Below are positions 27,961 to 40,152 of a DNA stretch of 64,000 bases, piece after piece (position 1 is the first letter of the stretch; each line of letters opens with the position of its first letter). The DNA comes from Octopus vulgaris (lineage: Eukaryota): NCBI GenBank assembly GCA_951406725.2, contig OX597834.1:14074001-14138000 (forward strand), written 5' to 3'. The position numbers and the translations under genes are program-made. Below the pieces are notes generated by a model. The model was not told the DNA's origin. It made no database searches and was given only the letters and a program-made list of their open reading frames with translations.

Positions 27961-28430
27961 ATATTGTTCTATTTAGGAAAGGTCATGTTGCCAGTTTAGC
28001 CAATAAAGCACACGCACTATATATTTGGTGTTAATTTGCATCAGCTTTATTTTATCTTTTCATTAATCGGCCAGAATAGTTTCGTCACACTTCTGTAACT
28101 TCATCGTTTTCATTTGTGTGTCTTTTGTGTGTTATTTGTGTGTTATTTTCTTCTTTTTTATGTGTGTGTCTTTCCTTACTAACGATCAAGCATTTTGTAT
28201 TTTTCAAAAATACAAAATTGCTGATCGTTAGTAAGGAAAAACACACAAATAAGAAAGAAGAAAAAAAAAGGTCCACTGATGAGGTCTCAGAATTGTGACG
28301 AATGTATTCTGGCCGAGATACAATTAATGTAAAAATAAAATAAAGCTGAAGCAAATTAACACCAAGTTTATAGTGCGTGTGTTTCACTGGCTAAAGTGGC
28401 AACATGACCATCCCCAAATACAATAATATA
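27961..28430. mobile_element. About 470-bp imperfect palindrome, probably an inverted Penelope-like pLTR pair
   Basis: Arms pair around about 28203; the right arm carries CTGATGA-GGTCTCAGAATTGTGAC-GAAT-GTATTC-TGGCC and the left arm the complementary ...GTGACGAAACTATTCTGGCC. Confidence 0.7.
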
Positions 28431-28479
28431 TATATGTGTGTGTGTGTGTGGTGTATGTGTGTGTGTGTGTGTGTGTGTA

Positions 28480-28690
28480 CGTATTTGTGTCTGTGTTTGT
28501 AACCCTCCACCATCGCTTGAAAACCGATGCTGGTGTTTTTAATCTCCGTAAATTAGCGGTGGGCCAAAAGAGACCGATAGAATTAGTACTTGGCTTAAAA
28601 AGAATAAGTCCTGCGGTCGATTCGTTCGACTAAATTCTGTGCACCAGCATGGCTTCCGTGAAATGACTGAAACGAGTAAAAGAGTAAAAT
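28480..28690 (+). mobile_element. SINE family A 3' half, diverged
   Basis: Tail AAATGACTGAAACGAGTAAAAGAGTAAAA. Confidence 0.8.
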
Positions 28691-29377
28691 GAGAAATAGT
28701 CGCACGAATTCACCAATAGTTATAGAAATGAGACGGTGCTCGTTGAATCGTTCAAATCCGTGTTTATTTTGTAAACACAGCAAATAAAATTATCACAATT
28801 TCAGAATAAGTGTTGAGTTACACGTATTGTTCTAATTTCATGATCTTCATATATCATATAAAATAATTGTTTATTTCGTATATGTTACATGGAAGATACC
28901 TTACTAGAGAACGTCTGTATCAACACACACACTTGATACTTAGGGCAATTTAATAATACATATCATATACAATATAAATCTGTCTAAATCACAAACATGC
29001 ACATTATTCACCTCAAAATGACTTATTTTGAAAACTCTATGCAAGTATCGTGCGATTTTCAACGTTCGAGCAAGGATTTAAGCGGTGATTTGACCAAACT
29101 TCGCTTAACGATTGGGCATATAACGTTTGCGTATGTGAAGCATTATCTCGTCGAAATTCAGCTTAAATAGCTTCTTGAATGTAGCTTCTTTGTGGGGTAG
29201 ATAACGAAATGATAATCGAAAAGCACTGATTTCAAAATATCTCTTTGACGCACATAGATTTTGAATATACGATAAATAATCTTAGCACATCGTTGCGAAA
29301 TATGAAAATAGTATAGCGAAAATGTACGTCAGTTTACCGACACAACGACAGTCAGATATTAAGATGACAACAATCCT

Positions 29378-29694
29378 TTAATTTTAATTTAATTTTTTTT
29401 TTTGGCTCAAAAAGCAAACGCAAGGCCACGTATGGGGACATGGAGTTATGTACAGGGAGGCTGTTCATGCAAAGAGTTCAGGTCATTTCTGGTCAAGAGA
29501 GACTTTGAACCGAGCGGTCGTCGGCATCTTCACTGTCTCGTCCGGCAGCTTATTCCACGGATCCGCAAGCCGGACGGAGAAAGCCACTTCTCCTTCGATT
29601 GAGATGAAATCGTCGCAGATAGAAATTTTCGGAGTGACCCCTGCTCTGAAGCAGGAGTGAAGAACCGCTCTTTCGAGAGGTTACACTTTCCGCT
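29378..29694 (-). mobile_element. 3' fragment of the CR1-group LINE seen at 40145-42000
   Basis: Reverse complement aligns to about 41676-41985 (RGHSENFYLRRFHLNRRR; 3'UTR GGCCTTGC..TTTGCTTTTTGAGCCAAAAA). Confidence 0.9.
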
Positions 29695-30380
29695 TGTGAG
29701 GTTGTGACCTTATACAATGGTCGCTTATTTTTGCTCAATATGCAGTGCCTTATTTTGATCTTCTAAACGTAAAAGACACAGAATAGAATCTCAGGTTACT
29801 GGTAAATAAATACTGAAAGTGCATTCGAAAATTCCGTTAAAACCTTCATATAATTAGGCTTGGATGGTGGTTAAATGTATTGGAGACTACACTGGTGAAT
29901 TGGTATCGCTTACTCGAAATAAAATGAAGGATGAGTTGCTTCCATGATTAGAATTTTCTGCGTAGCAAAGTTTGCAATATCAATACACTGATATGTAACT
30001 GACACTACATAAACAGAAGCGACAGGAAAGACGGAGATTTTGTTACACAAAATGGTAACATTTAATTTCAGAAGTAAATTCAGGATTCTTAAATCAATAA
30101 CTTTCCTTTCAGAAGCCAAAATAATGATGGAAATTGCGTAGTGTCATCCAGCAGAGTAACATATTGTGTCATTTAATGACCTTTCTCCGTGAATTTTCGA
30201 AACGTTTGCTGCAGGATTGCTTCTGTAACTGTTCTGCGTAAAGTTGCGTGGGCAGATACAATATCGAACAAAATCTTACTGCCGCGGGGTTTTGTTATAA
30301 ACCGGTTCGATCTGGACATTTTATTTTCTGATTAACAACCCCACATATGATTCAAAGATTCACATCTGAAGTCCTACGTC

Positions 30381-30455
<75 letters not shown>

Positions 30456-30457
30456 TA

Positions 30458-30663
30458 TTTCTCTATTGCCCACAGGGGGCTAAGCACATGCTGTGGCGAC
30501 AAACAAGGCCAGACAAAGGGATTAAGTCGGTTACATCAACCCCAGTACGTAATTGGTACTTATTTAATTGAGTCCGGAAGGGAGGAAAGGCAAAGTCGAC
30601 ATCGGCGGAATTTGAGCTCAAAGCGTAACGCCAGACGAAATAACGCGATGCATTTCGCCCGGT
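30458..30663 (-). mobile_element. SINE family B, diverged monomer
   Basis: GGCAAAGTCGACATCGGCGGAATTTGAGCTC core. Confidence 0.8.
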
Positions 30664-30664
30664 T

Positions 30665-31150
30665 AAATGGGTTACGCGATCCCATCTCAAACAAATACTG
30701 CTCAAGATCGGAAATGGGCTCAAACATTCCCTGAAAAAGTAGAGAGGCAGAAAAGGAGGTTAGGACTGTCAAGAATATTAAGACAAACTCTAAAGACTTC
30801 TATAGATATGCAAAAGAATCTGCTTCAGTACGGTACAAAATTTGGCCACTATTCGAAGAATATGGCTCACCACAGGACCAGTGAAATACTGAATGTGAAA
30901 TACTAGAGTGTTTTCCACACTTCACTGTCCATGGTGTGGTGAAAGATGTTTTCAAGAAACAAATTGACCTCTTACTAACCACGATCCCTGTTGAAATAAT
31001 ATCAAGTGAGGAAACTCATAAGATGGCAGCAGGATGGAAAAGCTAATCACCAATCCAGTCACGTGAAAGTGGGGAATTGAAAGTTGATTACACTGACGGT
31101 GCAGCACCATTGGGAACACCATCGGGGCTGAAACATAAAATAATAAAAGA
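30665..31150 (+). mobile_element. Internally deleted CR1/L2-group LINE remnant with 3' tail
   Basis: KNIKTNSKDFYRYAKESASVRYKIWPL...EILNVKY*SVF (pre-RT region) joined directly to HGVVKDVFKKQIDLLLTTIPVE (C-terminus); tail ...GGGCTGAAACATAAAATAATAAAA. Confidence 0.65.
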
Positions 31151-31659
31151 ACGATACTATATGAATATAATTATTTATGCACAGTTTTGGTCAAAAATCA
31201 CGTAACAGTAAATCAAAATTCCATAAATATTATCTGCAATTATGCATCGAATCGAATTGTAAAATATATCGTTAAAAGAAGGACTTCAGTTTGAGCAATG
31301 TTCATGAGGTTTCATATTTAGATGCTTTTATTAAATCTATTTCATTTTCAAACCTAAATAAGTCTTGGAAATAAAAGCTTTTAATTTATTGTTAGGTGAC
31401 CTTTTGGCCAAGCATGTATATATTATGATCATCTTTTAATCTTTTACTCTTTTACTTGTTTCAACAATGTAGCGGTGGCCATACTGGAGCACCACCATGG
31501 TCTTTCTGCCTTCCACACTAGGTGTTTCACATCACGACTTTCAGTTGCTGGTATATTTCTTGTGTCTTAACGTGTGTGTGTGTCTGTGTTTGTGTGTGTG
31601 CGTGTGTGTGTCTAATATAATATAATATATGTATGTATATTTATATGTATATATAAAAA

Positions 31660-31783
31660 TGTTGGCCTGCTCGCTTAGCCAGCGGGTTGGCGTCATTCGA
31701 AGGCTAAAACAATGCGAACGCATTGTGACCAGTGATGTGTAACTACATCTGATGGACTGGTCGGTCACGTGATCACGTGATAT
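31660..31783 (+). mobile_element. Isolated SINE tail 3 fragment
   Basis: Matches the reverse complement of 62957-63064. Confidence 0.75.
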
Positions 31784-32449
31784 AAAGATGTATAAATATT
31801 ATACTTTTGTATATATTTATATCTATTTTTTTTCATTGCATGACTGAGAAGAACAATTGAACTCAATTAGCAAACAAGGAACTAGGAAACTCTTGCTAAA
31901 TGTTGATTCGATACTTTGTTAATGAAAAATAGGAACAAAAAATGTTATTGTGATGGCACAGGCAATTCATAGAATGGAAACAAGACAATTTAAACTCATC
32001 GAAACGACCGCAATAATAATATATCTCTTTCCTACATCTGATCAAATACGAGAGTTTAACAAAAATATGACGACGATATAATCACCAAATTTAGTAAGTG
32101 TTTAATATATAATCGTAAGAACACAATCAGATAATACACAACATTCATATTAGACAATATCAGTAAGAAATCTCTGTGAAATACGCAGCTATTTGATATA
32201 TTAACCCGGTGTATAGAGTGCATTGTAATTGGGAGTGAGTACTTAAAGTTCATATTATCGATAATGTCACAAGGCGAAAAAAAGTATTGAAACCAATTAA
32301 TATATAATTACCTAATTCAGACAGAGATAAAACAAAACAAAAACAGTTCCGAAGTACAATCAGCGGAGCGGTATACTTGGAGAATAACTCCCGTGTAGTA
32401 CAATGTATACATATACGTATGTGTATGTGTGTATGTATGTATGTATGTA

Positions 32450-32508
<59 letters not shown>

Positions 32509-32657
32509 GTATATATATATGTATGTATGTATATGTTCATTTGTGTTTAAATATATATGAATTATATATATCATACATATATATATATAATATATATAAT
32601 TCATATATATTTAAATACAAATGAATGTATATATATATATATATATATATTTACATA

Positions 32658-32744
<87 letters not shown>

Positions 32745-33057
32745 GATAAAAACATACATGAATGTGTGTGTGTATGTATGTATGTATGTACTGAGTATTA
32801 GATGTGATGTACAGAAATTGAATATAGAGAAAAATATCGTCAGAATTTGAGAAATATTTCTTTTTATTTCTTCATTATTATTAGCGCTTTCGCCACTTTC
32901 TCAAACTTGTCAAAGATAATTTTCTGAATGTAAAGGGTTCGATCCCACAGTGCAGTAATTTCGTCAAGTACCTTCTACTACAGCGCTGCACTAACCAAAC
33001 ACTTCTGGGTATATATAGTAGACGGAAAATGAAATAAATATATATTATATATAAATA

Positions 33058-33530
33058 CTAGCTATTTTGACCCGTGCTTCACTCGGGTTTTGGAGGTGGT
33101 GTTGTCTCCTTTTCCCTGCTCCTTTTGTTCGTTTTCTTTGCCTGGTTCTTTGTATTGCCCTCTTCTTTACCCCACTCTCCAAAATCCCCCAAATTTTTAC
33201 ACTCACAATTAAAGATAACTACCTCTAGCCCCTGAAGCAACACGAAAAGCCACCATTATTCAAACAGCGCAACATATCTATCCCATAAAACTCAATTTGT
33301 TTCCATATTCCTCACCGTGGCAACCAAACGGTAGCCCAGAGCGACTGGCAACCTTCCTCACACCATTGCCCACCCCATTTCTCCCTCAGTGTAAATTTTT
33401 GCGCCAACCCGCCCCGATCTACCGCCCTTTAAACCGTGCCCATCCCAAAATGAGACAAATAACCAAGAAATCAAATAACTTTTAACGCATGTCAGCTTTC
33501 TAGATATTGATAAATAGACATTTCATTCTT
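33058..33530 (-). mobile_element. Helitron-like element (3' end clear, 5' limit uncertain)
   Basis: Minus strand ends ACCCGAGTGAAGCACGGGT (hairpin)-CAAAATAG-CTAG|T. Confidence 0.6.
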
Positions 33531-33908
33531 CGTTCGTGACCGTATCATTGTCACCGGTTTCCAAGTTTCAGTGGCATATATATATTTCCCACCTGGACCA
33601 GACGAGACGCCGTCGCAGGGTTACACATTAACGTTTTGCTCAACTTATCGCGCTGTCCAAGGATCGGAAACATAACCTTACGATCATGGGTCTCACACCG
33701 TAATCACTAAGCAACGTGTCTCCACATAATATGTGCGTGTGGGTGTGCTTGTGTGTGGAGGCGCGTGAGAATGACAAGGAGTAAACACAGACAAAACGAC
33801 ATGCACATACATACATACATACATACATACATACATAAATACATACATACATACATACATACATACATACATACATACATACACACACATTTATGTATAT
33901 ATATATAC

Positions 33909-34205
33909 AAAATGAATAATTAAATTACACCATCTAGGAAATTAAATCTAATAGAAATAATAAAATTAAAATGACAATAAAATACCAATAAATCCTTAAA
34001 ATCCTTTAAAATGTTGTAGCCCGAAGGTCGCGGCCATGCTGGGGCATTGATTAAATAAATTGCAACGAAATTTATTCTACCAATTATATACGTTTTTATT
34101 ATTTTTTTGGCAACTTACTTAATCATTGGTATTTTATTGTTATTTTAATTTTAATATTTCTATTATATGTAATTTTCTAGATGATGTAATTTAATTGTTC
34201 ATTTT
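33909..34205. repeat. AT-rich palindromic (fold-back) element interrupted by a short retroelement tail
   Basis: 33909-33989 is about 90% identical to the reverse complement of 34125-34205; pairing continues 34046-34070 with 34104-34127; insert at 33990-34045. Confidence 0.8.
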
Positions 34206-34235
34206 AAATTGATAAAAGGTGGTTCTTTCCAATTT

Positions 34236-34300
<65 letters not shown>

Positions 34301-34382
34301 GTGTGACATTTGATTTAGTATTTCTAATTTGAAATGTTTCCCTGTAAGTTAGGATTAATATTTCCTCAAATAATTATATATC

Positions 34383-34596
34383 TTTCTCTTTTTCTCTTTT
34401 ACTTGTTTCAGTCATTTGACTGCGGCCATGCTGGAGCACCACATTTAGTCGAGCAAATCGACCCCGGGACTTATTCTTTGTAAGCCCAGTACTTATTCTA
34501 TCGGTCACTTTTGCCGAACCGCTAAGTGACAGGGACATAAACACACCAGCATCGGTTGTCAACCAATGCTAGAGGGACAAACACAGACACACAAAC

Positions 34597-34629
<33 letters not shown>

Positions 34630-34798
34630 CATATATACGACAGGTTTCTTTCAGTTTCCGTCTACCAAATCCACTCACAAGGCTTTGGTCGGCCCGAGGC
34701 TACAGCAGAAGACACTTGTCCAAGATGCCACGCAGTGGGACTGAACCTGGAACTATGTGGTTGGTTAGCAAGCTACTTACCACATAGCCACTCCTGCG

Positions 34799-34886
<88 letters not shown>

Positions 34887-35046
34887 CGACAGGCTTCTTT
34901 CAGTTTCCGTCTACCAAATCCACTCACAAGGCTTTGGTCGGCCCGAGGCTACAGCAGAAGACACTTGTCCAAGATGCCACGCAGTGGGACTGAACCTGGA
35001 ACTATGTGGTTGGTTAGCAGCTACTTACCACATAGCCACTCCTGCG

Positions 35047-35048
<2 letters not shown>
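34383..35048 (-). mobile_element. SINE family A with duplicated head
   Basis: Full copy 34383-34800, then (TA)n, then a near-identical second head 34884-35048. Confidence 0.93.
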
Positions 35049-35112
<64 letters not shown>

Positions 35113-35115
<3 letters not shown>

Positions 35116-36343
35116 GGGTACATATATTTGAGGACATGTTTATTTTACTATAACAGCATATTTACCAATTTAATGTTTTCGAGATTTCATAAGTATCAAT
35201 GGCAGGCCTTATGATTGCACTAGTATAGAAGAGACACGCAGTCATCATGGCTATAAAGGTTGAGCTTAGCAATTTAGAAATATCACGATTTTGTAAATGT
35301 CACTAGATCCTCTTTCTAAAAATTTCAAAACGATTTAGAGGCTAAAGACGGATATATATCGCCAGTATCAAAACATAGGAATCATTGTAGAAGCATTGAT
35401 ACGATTGGAATACCAGAATTTATTCAACAAGTGAAGCAGACCATTGATAACATTTCCCGAAGATGCATGAGGTTGAATGCAAAAGATCACCATGTGTCAG
35501 AATGAACAATCTGAAATGTTCAAAACGACATCACGTACAAATCTTTTGCGATGAGAAAAGGTCAATAATGAAGGAAATTCGCTTAATCAGATCTAAAAGA
35601 AGGAACAAACCTAAAGACCCAGTAGAGAATGATGTCATTTTGCTCTTTTCAGATGAGAAAAAATTGATCAAAATCATAAATTAAACAGAAGAAATGACAG
35701 GTGGCTATGTACAGACCCTTCGGAAGTTCCAAGAGTAATGCATATAAAATTTCCTGTTATTGTTTTGGTGGTTGTCAGCAATGAATGTTATGTGATGCCT
35801 CATCGTGCCTTCCAACATGATCTTCCAGTAAAGACTACTGCCTACATAGATGTTCTGAATACAGTGTTAAGCCATAGATTGATAATGTAGCAACGTAAAA
35901 CGTTGTGTATTTCAAAAACACTCGGTACCATCATTCAAGGCTACAACATCGCTGGAATGGATGGCGGGGAATATTCATGACCACATAATCCCCAACATAT
36001 TGCCTCGTAAATTTCTATATCTCAATCCATCAGACTAATATGTATTGAGCGTAGTTGAGAAGTAGGTTAATGAGCACATTCGTAACACCAAGGATTTCCA
36101 AAATGCCTATGTACTCAGAGTAATATCCAGTATGAACGCAGGTCCTTTGATACTAGCATGTAGGTAATTGAAACCTCACATAGAAGCCGTTACTGAAGCT
36201 GAAAGAGACTTTATTGTATAAAATTACGAAACGATATATATTCTTATCCTCAAAACCTTTTTGAGCAAAATGGCGTCATTGTCTGTCTCTCAGAGTCGAT
36301 TTTGTGTAAGTATATAACTGTCCTCAAATAACTTATGCGCCCT

Positions 36344-36344
<1 letters not shown>
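35113..36344 (+). mobile_element. Full-length decayed DD37D (maT-like) Tc1/mariner transposon
   Basis: Degenerate TIRs TA|CACGGGTACATATATTTGAGGACA and TGTCCTCAAATAACTTATGCGCCCTG|TA; peptides KRHAVIMAIK, LLFSDEK, NRRNDRWLCTDPSEVPRVMHIKFP, VFQKHSVPSFKA, LNPSD*YVLSVVEK. Confidence 0.85.
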
Positions 36345-36420
<76 letters not shown>

Positions 36421-36645
36421 CGCGACGGGTTTCTTTCAGTTCACATCGACGAATCCATTCACAAAGTCTTGGTTAACACAAGTCTACAGTGGAAGACATC
36501 TGCACAACGTGTATCTGTACAACGTGTCACTCAGGGGGAGGATCCTGCAACCACGTGGTTACGAAGGAAGCTTCTTAACACGCAGTGTGTCCGTATGTAC
36601 ACATGTGAATATATATATATATATGTATATGTATGTATATATATA

Positions 36646-36721
<76 letters not shown>

Positions 36722-37388
36722 ACATATGTATGTATATATACACACATATATATATATATATTTATATATATACATATATATATATATACACATATATATA
36801 CATATTTACATGAATAAATATGATTGTATATACATGCATGTATGTAGATAGGTAGGTGTGTATAGGATCCCTAATGACATGCTCATCCGTATGTTTTAAT
36901 GTAATAGTCATATTCTATTAATTGATGTTTCAGGCACTGAGTTTATTCCTATCCATCTACTTTAGCACTCAATTCACAGCTCTATCTTTCATGTATTTTC
37001 CAAGAAAAGCTCCCTTCCATTAGAGCACTTTCATTATAACATCTTGAAATCCGAAGACTAACAAAATGATAATGGTTGCCCAAGGAATCTTATATTCAAA
37101 GAGTTGAATAAAGTATCTGCCATTTGTAAGAATAATATATATTTTCTATAATTACAATTTGCAATTTTCTCTTATTTTCAATACACTGTATTTCCATTTC
37201 AATATATTTTGTGACGTATCATGTTTTTTCTTTACTTTATTATTTCCTCTCATTTTCATTAATGAAAGAATTCACAATATTTTTGTTTCCACACACACAC
37301 ACACAAACACACAAACAAAGGCATACACAGACACACGTTTATTTATACACACACACATACACACACATATATATACATATATATATTG

Positions 37389-37472
<84 letters not shown>

Positions 37473-37869
37473 TCTATATATGCATTTATATGTGTGTGTA
37501 TGTATATATACACAAACACACACACACATATATATATACAAATATATATTCCTTAAATTCCTTAAAAAGTGTTTAGCCCGAAGGCCGCGGCCATGCTATG
37601 TGTATACACAAATATGTGTGTAAGTATATTACTTCTTGTGTTTTATTTCTTTGCGTAGTTTACACTGTGGCCATTCTGTAGCACTAGATTCAAAGCTTCT
37701 AGTCCAACTAATCGGCCCCACCATATATTTTTAAATGTTGTACTTATTCCACGCGACAATTTTCCGGAAGGCTTATGTTGCGGGTCGTAAACATACTAAC
37801 ACCGTATGCCAAGTAAAACGGTCATAGGAACACATAAACGAGCACACACACATATATTATATAACACGT

Positions 37870-38345
37870 AATTATGTGTGTATGTATTTATGTAAGTGTG
37901 ACTGAACGTGTTTATGCATGCATATATGTATGTATGCATGTATGTATCCATACATGTATGTATGCATGTATGTATGCATTTCTGTATGTATGTATTTATG
38001 TATGTATTTATGTATGTATGTATGTATGTATGTATGTATGTATGTATGTATGTATTTATGTATGTATGTATGTATGTATGTATGTATGTATGTATGTATG
38101 TATGTATGTATGTATGTATGTATGTATGTATGCATGCATGCATGTATGTATGTATGTATGCATGCATGTATGTATGTATGCATTTATGTATGTATGTATG
38201 TATGTATTTATGTATGTATGTATGTATGTATGTATGTATGCATATATGTATGTATGTATGCATATATGTATGTTTGTATGTATGTATGTATGTATGTATG
38301 CATGTATGTACGTATTTATGTATGTATGTATGTATGTATGGAAAT
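37870..38345. repeat. (TATG)n microsatellite
   Basis: Read directly; source of the MYVC/HTYI ORFs. Confidence 0.97.
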
Positions 38346-38929
38346 GTATGGTTTGTATACGCTTATGTAGGTATTTGTATGCAACTTATATTTTCTGGCG
38401 CTCTCCTACTTTTTAAACCTCTGTCTTTCAACTCTCTGTCATCGCCCTCACTTTTTAAAATCTCTGTCATCGTCCTCACTTGTTTATGACATATATTTAA
38501 TTTCTCTATTAATAATTTGTTGTGCGTACTTATTCCTTCATCCATTAGCTGATTCAAATCTTAATCTTCCTTAATATTCTGAATACAATAATATATTAAC
38601 GGAGATTTACAAGATAAAAAGAAAGGAAAAACATGAAAAGTATAAAAGATAAAATTATCTACGGAAAGTAAACGGAATTACCTTCGTCAGGATACCGAAA
38701 ATAAAGAGAGAAATAAATAGGAGATATTAAGCAGCAAATGATAGATGTGTAGGAATAACGGATCGTAAGCGCAAACCTGTTACCGTTTATGCACTTGCAA
38801 AGACGCAAGGGTCAGCGGTATTCGCTGCAATAGCCATTCTTACGCGAAGGCACATGTCTCAGAAGGTTTGCATTGATCTAGATTTTGCAGAGAATATCAG
38901 GAGATGCGGGATCCGAGAGAACCAGGGTT

Positions 38930-39338
38930 ACTCTTACTCTTTTACTCTTTTACTTGTTTCAGTCATTTGACTGCGGCCATGCTGGAGCACCGCTTTTAAT
39001 CGAGCAAATCGACCCCGGGACTTATTCTTTTGTAAGCCCAGTACTTATTCTATCGGTTTCTTTTGCAGAACCGCTAAGTAACGGGGGCATAAACACACCA
39101 GCATCGGTTGTCAAGCAATGCTAGGGGGACAAACACAGACGCACAAAGACACACACGCATATATATACATATATACGACGGGCTTCTTTCAGTTTCCCTC
39201 TACCAAATCCACTCACAAGGCATTGGTCGGCCCGAGGCTATAGCAGAAGACACTTGCCCAAGATGCCACGCAGTGGGACTGAACCCGGAACAATGTGGTT
39301 GGTAAACAAGAAACTTACCACACAGCCACTCCTGCGCC
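38930..39338 (-). mobile_element. SINE family A, full length
   Basis: Reverse complement of family A. Confidence 0.95.
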
Positions 39339-40098
39339 TAGAGTGACAGACAAAAAGAGAAGAGCAGCGTGCAAGGCTCCTGTATTTTTTTAATCCCACA
39401 CTCCTCTGCGTTACAGGCGGCGTTGCCGCGGTTTTCTGCAGATGCAACAAGGCTGCAGTCAGAGAACATACTACAGCACGTCACATCCAGTACTAGTGAA
39501 GTTTTTGTCATCTATTTTCAATGGTCCATAGTACTTTTTCATGCAGTGTTTCCTTTCACCATTACTAACGATAAAATCTTTTTAAAGCCGTTGTCCACGC
39601 AGCTGAGACCAACTCAACTTGTTATGTACATTCTTGTATATTTGCCGTTTTCTAAAAGTTTGCCTTTAATTCCTATACGTACAGATTTCCTTTCGTTTTT
39701 CATTTGATATGACTGTTCGTATCAATGGACGTAGCTGCAAATTGGTTCCCATGCAAATGTCAACCATCAGCGACCAATATGTCAGATAGCCTTTGGCAGA
39801 TGCACCTCCAACGAATTCTTTATATTCTAACTCAATGTAGAGGTGACTCACAAAATTAAATTGCAAGCGATGATCATTATCAAAGAGGCAACGAGAAATA
39901 AAATGATGGGTTGTCATTAAGTATATACCTCAGTCTAGCAGCAATTTTAAGAGCTTCATTTGACAAAATTGAGTTGAATAGATTTATGTTATTAAAAACT
40001 GCTGTCTCATATATCTGGCAGATGTTTGCATGTATATATGTATGTAATTATGTATGTATGTATTTATGAATGCATGTATATATGAATGTATACGTATG

Positions 40099-40144
<46 letters not shown>

Positions 40145-40152
<8 letters not shown>

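Noticed and set aside
38760-39500. Moderately GC-rich unique sequence interrupted by SINE A, possible exon
   Set aside because: No recognisable peptide motif or convincing splice pair; could be an old unclassified TE.
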